Below, piece by piece: positions 44,432 through 55,030 of a stretch of 64,000 nt of DNA (the stretch's first letter is position 1; the number at the start of each line of letters is the position of its first letter). Source of the stretch: Cyanobacteriota bacterium (GTDB lineage Bacteria > Cyanobacteriota > Cyanobacteriia > Cyanobacteriales > Nostocaceae); NCBI GenBank assembly GCA_046045965.1, contig JBJOKS010000024.1, positions 35,281 through 99,280 of the forward strand, given 5' to 3'. The translations under genes and the position numbers were made by a program. The notes under the pieces are model-generated. The model was not told where the DNA came from. It worked only from the letters and a program-made list of their open reading frames with translations, and made no database searches.

Positions 44432-45553
44432 ATGCAAAACCACTCTCCAAACCAAACATTACGCGCTGTACTCGCACAACGTCAAGGAAAGGGATTTTCT
44501 GAAGTTGAAGCGACAAACATTTTACGTCAACTTCTCCCACAAATTGACTATTTACATCAACAGAATCAAGCACATTGTCAAATTTCCTTAGATACCATTA
44601 TCCAAAATAATCAGCAGATAATCCTTACAGCAACACCAACAACACAAACAGCAAATCAGATAAATATACAGCAAGATATTTATGATTTGAGTATTGTAAT
44701 AATTGAATTACTCACGGGTAAGGTAGGTAGTTCATTAAGAAACGCTGATGGTAGTTGGAATTGGCAAGATGATTGTTTTGTGAGTGACCAATTTACAGAT
44801 GTGATTAATCGGATGATTGGTAATTCTGCACAAGGTAGGTTTAATTATATTAATGAAATTATAGCAGCTTTGGATTTGTATACAGATGTTAAACCTTTAA
44901 GTTCTTCCTCAGTTAATCAAGCTGTTAATGGTGAAAATAAAAATCAATCAGCAAATAATTCAATATTTATGGATGTTATAGAAGCCATAAATAATCATTT
45001 AAAGAATCAATCAAATTCAAATAACTTACAAATTTACCAAAAAAAATTATATCCCTTATATCCTGATTTTACATTTTTATTCCGTGGCTTGCGTGCTTAT
45101 AAAATAACATTTATTTTAATTAGTATAGCTGGTTTTATTTTATTTCAAAGTTACGACAACCCAAAAAAACAAGAAGAAATAGCTCAAGGAACTATTGAAG
45201 TTATAAATATAAAAATAGGGAATTATCAAGTTGCAAACAATCAATTTCCTACTGATATAACTCAAGCATACCCTAGCTTTTTTGCACTAAAGACATAAGA
45301 AGAAATGAAATACTACTCTTATAGTATTAAAATTCTCAGTAATACAGCAATCCAAACTATAGCAGTAGCTAAAAAAGATAGATTAAAGAGTTATTCAGGA
45401 GGACTTTTTGTGACTAGAGGTCATACAATCATTCCTATAACTATAATCTGTGAAACTCAAAACCCCTCAAAAACCCTACCACCAGCACCTCAATTAGTTA
45501 ATGATAAGCCAGAGTGCGCTTCCGTAACAATCCAAGTTAAAGTCTCATATTAA
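44432..45553 (+). pseudogene. Degenerate Ser/Thr-kinase C-lobe + TM + type IV pilin-like G/H domain, interrupted by an in-frame TAA at 45296-98
   Basis: FSEVEATNILRQLL...YLHQQNQAHCQIS (HRD lost); QQDIYDL...LLTGK; after the stop the same frame continues EEMKYYSYSI...AVAKKDRLKSYSGG...IICET...PPAP...C. Confidence 0.75.
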
Positions 45554-45584
45554 TCGAATCTCATATTAATTTTGATAAAAAAAT

Positions 45585-46160
45585 ATGCTCTCACAACTCA
45601 CCAAATGGGAAACAAACACCTCCCCATCCGTCGCCATTGAACCCACAGAAACCCAAACCATCGCCGTATTTTGGGGTGCTATAATTCCCGCAATTCCTGA
45701 TATTATCTCCCTCGAACAGTCCCGCACAGGGATGAGTTATGATACCGCCCTCAATCAACTGCTACAATCACAACAAAGATGGATACAACAACTACATGGA
45801 GAAAGTCGTTTTACCCTCTCTTTACGCTTAATTACTAGCGGTGATACAGAACAAGATTTAATCTTTGGTTTAGTGGGTAAAACCGAAGGACAAAACGAAG
45901 CGGAAACCATCAACGCTGCCCGTAACTTTTTTAACAAAGTCCGCGATACTTTCCCCAATGGCTACCCTCTCCAACCTTGTCAAAATGCCGAAGAATTAGC
46001 TTTACTGCGTTTACCTTTTTTACCTTCACCCCAAGGACAAATAGGAGAATTTCGCCGCACTGTTACCAAATTACAAACTATTACCAGTGCAGATATTCCC
46101 GATGCTTTTGGTGTGCGTATAGACCCTTGGTGTGCTAATAATTCCAACAATGACTATTAG
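45585..46160 (+). CDS. Probable N-terminal part of the following ATPase (split by frameshift/deletion)
   Basis: 191-aa ORF overlapping the next ORF by 29 nt in another frame. Confidence 0.6.
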   Translation: MLSQLTKWETNTSPSVAIEPTETQTIAVFWGAIIPAIPDIISLEQSRTGMSYDTALNQLLQSQQRWIQQLHGESRFTLSLRLITSGDTEQDLIFGLVGKTEGQNEAETINAARNFFNKVRDTFPNGYPLQPCQNAEELALLRLPFLPSPQGQIGEFRRTVTKLQTITSADIPDAFGVRIDPWCANNSNNDY

Positions 46161-48411
46161 CGTCATGTCTGAGTCTGCTTTACCTCAGTCTGTTATTGCC
46201 GCATTTCAAACCGCTATTGATGGTAAACCCCAAACCGAAACCCAACTGCGGGGAAGTGGAGAAGTAGTTAAAGCCGAAACAGAAGCGCAAAAAATGGCAG
46301 TTTATCAAAATTGGGTTGACTTAACTGTACACCGTTGGGCAAATAGTTATGATTTAAGTCGCTTACCTTGGCTATTTAGTCCTGAAGAAGTCCATAGTGT
46401 TTTTCGTCTCCCCATTGCTGATAGAAACGGTGTGTGGGGTTTACCTTCCGCACCAGGTGCTAAAGATGCCCGTCGTCCGCAAAACGTCAGCACCACACCG
46501 TCAGAAATTCGCCTTGGTTCACTGGAATTAAGCAAAAAACAATTAACACAACATTTATTAATTTGTGGTGTTCCTGGAAGTGGAAAAACCAATACATCTT
46601 TATATTTATTAGAAACATTATGGCGGGAACATCGTATTCCCTGGATGGTGTTAGAACCTGCAAAAACCGAATATCGCGGACTGCGTTCTGTTGCTAGTTT
46701 AACCAATGATTTATTAATATTTACTTTGGGAGATGAACGGGTAGCACCGTTTAGATTTAATCCTTTTGAAGTTCCCCCAACCATCAATTTAGATAGTCAT
46801 TTAGGGGCATTGATAGATTTATTTTCTGTGTCTATGAGTATGTGGGGACCTTTGCCGAATGTGGTAGAACAATTAATCCAAGAGGCATATAAACGCAAAG
46901 GCTTTACGATTTTAGGTGATAACAGTAAATTGAGTCCGCCCCAATTCTCGGATTTAATCAATTTAATTCCTGAAATTGTTCCCAAACTCGGTTATAAAAA
47001 AGAAACCACTGATGAAATTACGGCGGCTTTATCAGTGCGGTTAAATAAATTCTGTCGTGGTGCTTTGGGGAGAATGTTAAATACTACTCACTCAGTACCT
47101 TTTGATGAATTAATGCAGCGTCCGGTAATTTTGGAAATTAGCCAAATTACCAATACCGATGACCGCGCTTTTATTATGGGTTTAATTCTCAATCGTTGTT
47201 ATCAACATTGGACAGCGAGAAGACATCAAGCAACGGGAGAATTAAAACATTTACTATTAATTGAAGAAGCACATAATTTATTAGGAGATGTAGCTGAATC
47301 AAGTAATCAAGAACAAGCAAATCCCAAAGGTAAAGCCGTGAAAAACTTCGCCAATATGTTATCAGAAGTGCGGGGTTTTGGTCAAGGAATCGCGGTAGCT
47401 GAACAAAATCCTAATGGTTTGGTGACAGATGTAATGGTGAATACGAATATTAAATTAGCCCATCGCGTTGTAGAAGCGAAAAATAGAGAAGCTTTAAGTC
47501 GTTCCATGTTATTAACTCCCCAACAAGAAAAATCTTTAGCTTCTTTAGGAACTGGGCAAATGTTATATTATATTGGCGGAAATGCCGAACCCAGTATTAC
47601 TAATGCTCCTAATTTTAAAGATAATACTGTTAATGGTTTTAATCCCCGGTTAACAGATGCAGAAATTCAAAGTTTCTTTCAAAGAAGTTTTCAAGCAAAA
47701 TATCCTCAACTCTACGCTTTACCTTTAGGTTGTCCCACAAGCCCATTATTAGCCCATTGTTTAGAACAGGGTGCAGATATAGTACAGATACTTTCTGAAC
47801 ATCCCGAATATAAGATTTTGAAACCTAACATAATTTTACAATTATTAGCCGCTCCCTTTGGCACACCTGTGTTAGATTTGGTTAAGCCAGTATTAGGTAA
47901 AATTTTAGTTAGTAGGGGAGTTAATCATTTACAAGTTGAGCAAATTCAAGGAATTTTAAATAGTGCCATTTCTTTGTTAGCATTGGAAGCGGTGCAGGAA
48001 AAGGGAAAGGTACATGGTTGGTTAGGTAAAGATGTGGAATTTGCTCATGGTTTGTTGATGAAGGCTATTTTAAATCCTGGAGGTGAAGTATTAAATCAAT
48101 GGGTGAGTATTTGTCAAATTCCTAATCATTTATTGCAGTTGGGTTTACCGCATCCTGAGTATGGTAAACATGAGTTTGCGGGGGTGTTTAGGTATGAAGC
48201 AAATATTTTAAGAAATAAAAAAGAAGAGTTTTTCCAGTATTTAAGCAAATCACAAACAACACCAGGAAAGAGTTTAGAAGATTGGATTTCTCAATCTTTA
48301 CCATTTTTATTTCCAGTTTTATCATCGCAGTTAAGAAAGTCTTTATTTGTTGGTACTGCAATTGAGATAACTGAAGGTAAGCCAAAGTTTTTAAGTCAGT
48401 TTATTGGTTGA
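46132..48411 (+). CDS. HerA/FtsK-VirB4 superfamily (DUF87-like) ATPase
   Basis: QHLLICGVPGSGKT (Walker A); FRFNPF; LLLIEEAHNL (Walker B); SEVRGFG...AEQNP...NTNIKLAHR. Confidence 0.85.
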   Translation: MLIIPTMTISVMSESALPQSVIAAFQTAIDGKPQTETQLRGSGEVVKAETEAQKMAVYQNWVDLTVHRWANSYDLSRLPWLFSPEEVHSVFRLPIADRNGVWGLPSAPGAKDARRPQNVSTTPSEIRLGSLELSKKQLTQHLLICGVPGSGKTNTSLYLLETLWREHRIPWMVLEPAKTEYRGLRSVASLTNDLLIFTLGDERVAPFRFNPFEVPPTINLDSHLGALIDLFSVSMSMWGPLPNVVEQLIQEAYKRKGFTILGDNSKLSPPQFSDLINLIPEIVPKLGYKKETTDEITAALSVRLNKFCRGALGRMLNTTHSVPFDELMQRPVILEISQITNTDDRAFIMGLILNRCYQHWTARRHQATGELKHLLLIEEAHNLLGDVAESSNQEQANPKGKAVKNFANMLSEVRGFGQGIAVAEQNPNGLVTDVMVNTNIKLAHRVVEAKNREALSRSMLLTPQQEKSLASLGTGQMLYYIGGNAEPSITNAPNFKDNTVNGFNPRLTDAEIQSFFQRSFQAKYPQLYALPLGCPTSPLLAHCLEQGADIVQILSEHPEYKILKPNIILQLLAAPFGTPVLDLVKPVLGKILVSRGVNHLQVEQIQGILNSAISLLALEAVQEKGKVHGWLGKDVEFAHGLLMKAILNPGGEVLNQWVSICQIPNHLLQLGLPHPEYGKHEFAGVFRYEANILRNKKEEFFQYLSKSQTTPGKSLEDWISQSLPFLFPVLSSQLRKSLFVGTAIEITEGKPKFLSQFIG

Positions 48412-48440
48412 AAACTTAGAGAAAATAGGAGAATTAAATT

Positions 48441-49157
48441 ATGAGTAATAATGCACAAAAAGTAGCAGCCGTGGTAGCTGGAATTGGTATATTAAATGGT
48501 GTTTTAGAATCTCCAACTGTTCAACAAGCAATACCTACTAATGAACCTAGTTCTTCTCAGGTGCAAACTACAGAAGCAAAGTGCGATCCTCTTGCTGACA
48601 AATCAAAAGAACCATCAGATGAAGAGAAATATGGTATTCCCTCAGAGGAAATGCAGCAGCTTGGAGATTCACACGATAAAAGCAACGACGAGAAAAGAGA
48701 GCAAGCTGAAAAAGATGCTAATGCACTTAATCAACCTACTATATCAGGATCACCGCCTGAATTAACTTCTTGTCTAGTACCATCAGAAGATAAGTATGCT
48801 CAATTACAAGAACCCATAACAGCAAGTGGAGTAACTGATCCTGAATTGAGAGTAAACACTCCAATTCCTGAGCAAACTTTCCCTAAACCTGATATCGCTA
48901 GTCTGAGTCAAAAACCTGAAACTCATAGCTATAATATTGATTTAGCATCACAGCCAGCAACAAATAGTAATGCAGAATTAGCTAATCAATTACGAGGTGA
49001 AACATCTTCTCCTTATGGTCAAAGTGAACCTCAAGAATCAATACCTGAATCTAATAGTAACGAGGAATTAGCTAATCAATTGCGAGGTGAAACATCTTCT
49101 CCTTATGGTCAAAGTGAACCTCAAGAGGCAAATAGTGATAGTGGAAATATAGCGTAG
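48441..49157 (+). CDS. Acidic low-complexity hypothetical protein with a 30-aa-period duplication
   Basis: AGGAG SD; NSNxELANQLRGETSSPYGQSEPQE twice (48963-49036, 49053-49126). Confidence 0.75.
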   Translation: MSNNAQKVAAVVAGIGILNGVLESPTVQQAIPTNEPSSSQVQTTEAKCDPLADKSKEPSDEEKYGIPSEEMQQLGDSHDKSNDEKREQAEKDANALNQPTISGSPPELTSCLVPSEDKYAQLQEPITASGVTDPELRVNTPIPEQTFPKPDIASLSQKPETHSYNIDLASQPATNSNAELANQLRGETSSPYGQSEPQESIPESNSNEELANQLRGETSSPYGQSEPQEANSDSGNIA

Positions 49158-49408
49158 GTGAAAAATATCACTGATAGGGGCATTACATTACTATGCTTAT
49201 ACATTGTTTAATAATCAGATCAAATGGTTTTTGATGCAACATTGATAAGGATAGGTTACGCGGGAGCTAACATACCCTATTCTCTGTCACCAATCACCAA
49301 TTTCCTGCCCAATCACTAAAAACTGTTACAGTCTATAACGCGATCGCAACATAAGGTGGGTTACGGTGTTAGTATGCCCTAAAAACGTTGAGAGAAAACC
49401 TTAACCTT

Positions 49409-49825
49409 ATGGCAACTCTAACTGGACAAACTCCCCTCTTCGGCGGTAGCACTGGCGGTCTACTTAAAAAAGCAGAAGTAGAAGAAAAGTACGCTATCAC
49501 CTGGACTGCCAAAGAAGAAAAAGTGTTTGAAATGCCCACTGGCGGTGCTGCTACAATGCGTAAAGGCGAAAACTTGCTGTACTTAGCTCGTAAAGAGTAT
49601 GGCATCGCTTTAGGCGCTCAACTCCGCAAATTCAAAATTACTGACTACAAAATTTACCGGATTTTACCAAGCGGTGAAACCACTTTCATTCACCCTGCTG
49701 ATGGTGTGTTCCCTGAAAAGGTAAATGAAGGTCGTCAAATGGTGCGCCACGTACCCCGCAGAATTGGTCAAAACCCCAGTCCTGCACAACTCAAGTTCAG
49801 TGGTAAAGCTACCCACGACGCATAA
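49409..49825 (+). CDS. psaD: Photosystem I reaction centre subunit II
   Basis: [24 protein letters not shown]...[15 protein letters not shown]. Confidence 0.98.
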   Translation: MATLTGQTPLFGGSTGGLLKKAEVEEKYAITWTAKEEKVFEMPTGGAATMRKGENLLYLARKEYGIALGAQLRKFKITDYKIYRILPSGETTFIHPADGVFPEKVNEGRQMVRHVPRRIGQNPSPAQLKFSGKATHDA

Positions 49826-50014
49826 GGTCTAGGTACTAGGGATTGGTGACTGGGGACTGGGGACTGGGAATTGTAGATAATGACAAATACTGATAATTTA
49901 TCATTCATCTTCTATAATCATCCTCACACCCAATCACCAATCCCCCTTAATTACTGGGTTATTTATCCGCCTGTTCCTAATTTTTAATTTTTAATTTTTA
50001 ATTTTTAATTGTTT

Positions 50015-51526
50015 ATGATTTTCCCCGATTTCCAACAATTTACAAAACTCGCTCAACAAGGTAATTTTGTTCCTGTTTATCAAGAATGGGTAGCAGATTT
50101 AGATACTCCTGTTTCCGCTTGGTACAAGGTTTGTGCAGGTCAACCTTATAGCTTTTTGCTAGAGTCGGTGGAAGGTGGGGAAAAAGTAGGCAGATATAGT
50201 TTATTAGGTTGTAACCCGCTTTGGATTTTAGAAGCAAGAGGAGATAAAACCACCCAAACCCATCGAGATGGTTCACAAAAAGTTTTTACAGGTGATCCAT
50301 TTAATGTCTTAGCAGAATGTTTAGCACCTTATCACCCCGTAAAATTACCACAACTACCTTCAGGAATTGGCGGTTTATTCGGGTTTTGGGGCTATGAGTT
50401 AATAAATTGGATTGAACCTCGTGTGCCAATTCATTCCCAAGATGAGCGTAATATCCCTGATGGGTTATGGATGCAGGTAGATCATTTATTGATATTTGAT
50501 CAGGTAAAACGCAAAATTTGGGCGATCGCCTACGCTGATTTAAGGAATAATGAAAATTTAGAAATTGCCTATCAAAAAGCGTGCGATCGCATTCAAGAAA
50601 TGGTGAGTAAATTATCCTTACCCATATCACCAGAAAACACTAAATTACCTTGGACATCACCCCAAAATAAACCCAAAGCAGGAATAGAAGAATACACCAG
50701 CAATTTTACTAAAAAAGAATTTTGCGCCAGTGTAGAAAAAGCCAAGGAATATATTAAAGCCGGCGATATTTTTCAAGTTGTCATTTCTCAAAGATTATCC
50801 ACAGAATATCAAGGCGATCCTTTTGCTTTATATCGTTCCCTACGCCAAATTAACCCCTCACCTTACATGGCTTTTTTTAACTTCCAAGACTGGCAAATTA
50901 TCGGATCTAGTCCTGAAGTGATGGTGAAAGCAGAACGAGATGAAGAAGGGGGAATTATTGCCACAGTTCGACCAATTGCCGGCACAAGACCGAGAGGAAA
51001 AACCACCAAAGAAGATGAAGCTTTAGCCGCAGATTTATTACAAGATCCTAAAGAAATTGCCGAACACGTGATGTTAGTAGATTTAGGACGTAATGATTTA
51101 GGAAGAGTCTGCAAAAGTGGCACAGTTAAAGTTGACGAATTAATGGTAATTGAACTTTACTCTCATGTCATGCACATTGTTAGTAATGTAGTTGGTAAAT
51201 TAGCAGAAAATAAGACAGCTTGGGATTTATTGAAAGCGTGTTTTCCTGCGGGAACAGTTAGCGGTGCGCCGAAAATTCGCGCAATGGAAATTATTAATGA
51301 ACTAGAACCAACCAGGAGAGGTGTATATTCTGGGGTCTATGGATATTATGACTTTGAAGGACAGTTAAATAGTGCGATCGCCATTAGAACAATGGTATTA
51401 AATAATAATATCGTCACCGTTCAAGCTGGTGCAGGTTTAGTTGCAGACTCAGAACCAGAAAAAGAATATGAAGAAACATTAAATAAAGCCAGAGGTTTAT
51501 TAGAAGCAATTAGATGTTTAAGATAA
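50015..51526 (+). CDS. trpE: Anthranilate synthase component I
   Basis: ADLDTPVSA; FLLESVEGGE; AGDIFQVV; INPSPYM; EHVMLVDLGRND; FPAGTVSGAPK. Confidence 0.97.
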   Translation: MIFPDFQQFTKLAQQGNFVPVYQEWVADLDTPVSAWYKVCAGQPYSFLLESVEGGEKVGRYSLLGCNPLWILEARGDKTTQTHRDGSQKVFTGDPFNVLAECLAPYHPVKLPQLPSGIGGLFGFWGYELINWIEPRVPIHSQDERNIPDGLWMQVDHLLIFDQVKRKIWAIAYADLRNNENLEIAYQKACDRIQEMVSKLSLPISPENTKLPWTSPQNKPKAGIEEYTSNFTKKEFCASVEKAKEYIKAGDIFQVVISQRLSTEYQGDPFALYRSLRQINPSPYMAFFNFQDWQIIGSSPEVMVKAERDEEGGIIATVRPIAGTRPRGKTTKEDEALAADLLQDPKEIAEHVMLVDLGRNDLGRVCKSGTVKVDELMVIELYSHVMHIVSNVVGKLAENKTAWDLLKACFPAGTVSGAPKIRAMEIINELEPTRRGVYSGVYGYYDFEGQLNSAIAIRTMVLNNNIVTVQAGAGLVADSEPEKEYEETLNKARGLLEAIRCLR

Positions 51527-51580
51527 GTTCTGTTAGTTAAAAACTGCTGGTTAAAAAGAGGGAATAATTAAAACAAAATA

Positions 51581-52465
51581 ATGCACACAGATACCATATT
51601 TTACCAAATATTCCTGACATTCCACACCCTATTATTTGAAATTCTGGGTGAACCAACAGAAAATGCCAAAGATTATCAATTCACCTCAGTAGAAGTGAAA
51701 GAAAAAGCATTTAGATTTGATGGGATTTTTCAGACAGAGAATGTAGAAAAACCCATCTATTTTGTGGAAGTTCAATTTCAACCAAAACCGGATTTTTACT
51801 GGGAATTAATAGCAGAAATAAACATTTATCTCAATCAATTTAAACCTGTGCAAGATTGGCAAGCAATAGCGTTATTTGCAAAACGGAGTTTAGACGTAGG
51901 AGAACTAACAGCTTATCAACAAGAGTTTATTAATAGTGGCAGAATTAAAAGAATTTATTTAGATGAACTACCACCAGGTTCAATAGGGATGGGGTTAATA
52001 GAGTTAATCGTGAGTAAAGAAGCACAAGCACCAGAATTAGTGAAAAACCTCATGGAAAGAACAAAAACAGAAATTGAGGATGACAGCAAAAAACAAAGTA
52101 TTATAGAATTATTAGAGACTGTTTTATTGTCAAAGTTTTCACAATTAAGCCGTCAGGAGATAGAAGCAATGTTTTTAGTCAGTGATATTAAGCAAACAAG
52201 AGTCTATCAAGAAGCAAAGCAAGAAGGTAAACAAGAAGGTAAACAGGAAGGTAGACAAGAAGGTAGACAAGAAGGTAGAAAAGATGAAGCAATCAACTTA
52301 CTATTAAGAATGTTATCTAAGCGGTTTGGAAAGTTGAGTGATATTTACATTCAAAATCTCAATAGTTTGAACATAGAACAACTGGAAAAATTAGGAGAAT
52401 CATTATTAGATTTTACTGATATTAATGATTTGGAAATATGGTTACAGTCTGAGATGGATCAGTAA
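51581..52465 (+). CDS. Rpn family recombination-promoting nuclease/putative transposase (DUF2887 + DUF4351)
   Basis: [11 protein letters not shown]...[13 protein letters not shown]...FVEVQFQ; (QEGK/R)x5; [11 protein letters not shown]...LEIWL. Confidence 0.9.
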   Translation: MHTDTIFYQIFLTFHTLLFEILGEPTENAKDYQFTSVEVKEKAFRFDGIFQTENVEKPIYFVEVQFQPKPDFYWELIAEINIYLNQFKPVQDWQAIALFAKRSLDVGELTAYQQEFINSGRIKRIYLDELPPGSIGMGLIELIVSKEAQAPELVKNLMERTKTEIEDDSKKQSIIELLETVLLSKFSQLSRQEIEAMFLVSDIKQTRVYQEAKQEGKQEGKQEGRQEGRQEGRKDEAINLLLRMLSKRFGKLSDIYIQNLNSLNIEQLEKLGESLLDFTDINDLEIWLQSEMDQ

Positions 52466-52488
52466 TAAATTGTCAGCCAATATTCTAT

Positions 52489-52560
52489 ACCGTTCAAGTT
52501 GGTGCAGGTTTAGTTGCAGACTCCGAACCAGAAAAAGAATATGAGGAGACGTTAAATAAA
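52489..52560 (+). repeat. 72-bp diverged duplicate of the trpE 3' region (51416-51487)
   Basis: 67/72 identical by manual alignment. Confidence 0.92.
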
Positions 52561-52582
52561 AGTCAAGATTGGAGCTAAACTG

Positions 52583-52816
52583 ATGATACAAGCTATTAGT
52601 AGACCTTCAACATTGCTGGGTAAAATTAAAGTTGAAAAAGTAGATGAATTCAACTTATTCAAATTTAGTGATGAACTCCAGAACCGAATGGAAGAACTGT
52701 TAGATAGAAAAAAAGCTGACTTGCTGACTTCAGAGGAAGTTATAGAACTAGAAGCTATTGGAGAATTGGACAGAATTTTCACTCACATTAATGCAATGTT
52801 AGTAGCTCAAATATGA
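52583..52816 (+). CDS. Small antitoxin-like hypothetical protein
   Basis: FKFSDELQNRMEELLDRKKADLLTSEE..EL; GGAG SD; ATGA overlap with the next gene. Confidence 0.7.
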   Translation: MIQAISRPSTLLGKIKVEKVDEFNLFKFSDELQNRMEELLDRKKADLLTSEEVIELEAIGELDRIFTHINAMLVAQI

Positions 52817-54057
52817 ATATTAATGATAGTACCTATGAAACCACAAAATTATTAGAAAGCTTTCTAGTTGATAATGAAGACTTAGACAAACTAGAAGTAA
52901 AATTAGCTGAGTTCAATATTTTTGAAGCTATTGGTGTAGTCAGACAAGAAATTAAGCATTCACATTTTTTAGCATTTCTGTTAGATCCATATCAAAATCA
53001 TAGACTTGATGATATGTTTCTCAAGCAATTTCTGAAGCAAGTGCTTTTACAAACGGATAACCCTACAGATTCAAATGATGCAAAAATTAATCCTGTTGAT
53101 ATAGATATAGCTGATTTTAAAGATGCGGAAGTTAGACGCGAGTGGCAAAATATTGATATTCTCATCCATTCACCGCGTAATAAATTAGTATGTGCTATAG
53201 AAAATAAAATTGATTCTGGAGAACATTCAAATCAATTAGAAAAATACAAAAATACTATTAACAGCTATTATCAAAATTGTCGAAAAATTTTGATTTATTT
53301 AACACCAGCAGGAAATAGACCCTCTGAATCAAATTGGAGAATTTACAACTACTATAAATTAGTAGAATTAATTGATTATATTTGTACACATCACAAATCT
53401 AACCTTGGGGCAGATATTTATACATTAATGACCCATTATTCTAAATAAATTAGGAGACATATTGTGAGTGATTCGGAAATAGCAAAACTCTGTCAGAAAA
53501 TTTATAGAGAGCATAGACAAGCTCTTGATTTAATATTTGAGCATCGTCCAGATTTACAATCAGAAATAGATGAAAATATTCGTGAATTACTAGATCAAGG
53601 TATTGACTCTCGCGAAATCTTTATAACTTATAAGGACAAGGGACATACAGATTTTTGTCTTAAAGACTGGAAAACTTCTGATTTCAAAGACAAGGAATCA
53701 CTTAAGTATTCTATTTATTTTAAATTTGCAAATCAACAAAAACCTTTTCCTGATAGTCTTGGAATTATAATGCAAATTGGACCAAATGGAAATCAAAAGA
53801 TTCGTCAGGCTATATTTAATTTAGCCAAAGAAAATCCAACAATTTTCAAAGAAGCCAAAAAAACAAAACTCACTGGACAGTGGACAACCATTTACAAGAG
53901 TAAGGAAATTTTGACAAAGAGAAATTATGAGGATGGTGATATTGAAAATGCAATGAAAAAAATTCAGGATTTTTGGAAGGATTTTATTAAAAATGATTTT
54001 GCAGATATAGACCAGATAATTAGCACAAATATAGAGGTAATTTTAAATGATAATTGA
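52813..54057 (+). pseudogene. PD-(D/E)XK nuclease family protein interrupted by an in-frame TAA at 53446-48
   Basis: FNIFEAIG...EIKHSHFLAFLLDP...REWQNIDILI...IENKIDSGEHSNQLEKY; the frame continues HYSK*IRRHIVSDSEIAKLCQKIY. Confidence 0.85.
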
Positions 54058-54157
54058 ATAGTGCGATCAATACTATAAAATTAGAACTTTTCAGTTAATT
54101 AATACCCATAACCCCAACTTCTTGAAGAAGTCAGGGATCTCAAACCTACTCTAAACC

Positions 54158-54520
54158 CTACTTTTTATAAGCATTCATCCAATGCAGTAACAAACCTAAA
54201 CCCCAACCCAAAAGTGGGAAAATCGCCCAAAAATAACTAGGACTGGTAAACAGATTCAACAGAATTAAAAAGCCATTGACTATCAGAAAAACCATCAAAT
54301 GTGATTGAAATTCTTGGCGTTTTTGATTATTAGACATTTGCTCTTTTTTCACTTCCACTTCTTTTGTTAACCATTCCTGTTCCGCAGCTTTCAGAGATTC
54401 CGAAGAAACCCCTAATTCTGAAGCGATTTCTATTATTTGTTCCCTTGTAAATTCTCCCTGCTGCTTACGTTTAAAAGCAACTTCCAGAATTTGTTGCATT
54501 TCTTCTGAACTGTAAGTCAT
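54158..54520 (-). CDS. 2TM domain-containing protein
   Basis: YSSEEMQQIL...EIASELGVS...FQSHLMVFLIVN...WAIFPLLGWGLGLLLH. Confidence 0.85.
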   Translation of the reverse strand: MTYSSEEMQQILEVAFKRKQQGEFTREQIIEIASELGVSSESLKAAEQEWLTKEVEVKKEQMSNNQKRQEFQSHLMVFLIVNGFLILLNLFTSPSYFWAIFPLLGWGLGLLLHWMNAYKK

Positions 54521-55030
54521 TATCAATACCTAAAAGGGTAAAAAATACTTGCTAGATTTTCTTTTGCAGCGATAGATACACAACCTTAAAAAATATATTT
54601 CCCTGTTTTTATCAACTGATTAGAAACACATTAGAAAGATATTTTATAGCTGATAATTAATTAAACCAGTATTTAAAAACACAGTTTTAGCGATAAATCA
54701 ACAAATCTAGATATTCAAATTTTATCAACATTCTGCCATATCATATTTATTCAATATATGTATCTTCCTTATGTTGAATATATAGAAATAATTTATTTAA
54801 GAAAAAATAAGTTTATAGGTAGTGTAAAACTGTGCAAATAGGATACTTTTCAAGGTTAGTAAACTATGTTAGTGAATATTGATATCTACCTTATGGACAA
54901 TAATCTTTTAAAATTGATGCTTCAAAATAATCCATAAGATAGTTTTAATTTTTATTTGTAAAGTTCTATAAAATAAAAAGAAAAATAAAAAGATTGTCAG
55001 TTGTGTATTTAAGAATATCCCGAAAAAAAT

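Noticed and set aside
49310..49345. RpaB HLR1-like site upstream of psaD
   Set aside because: Only one half-site (GTTACA) matches well, too weak to call
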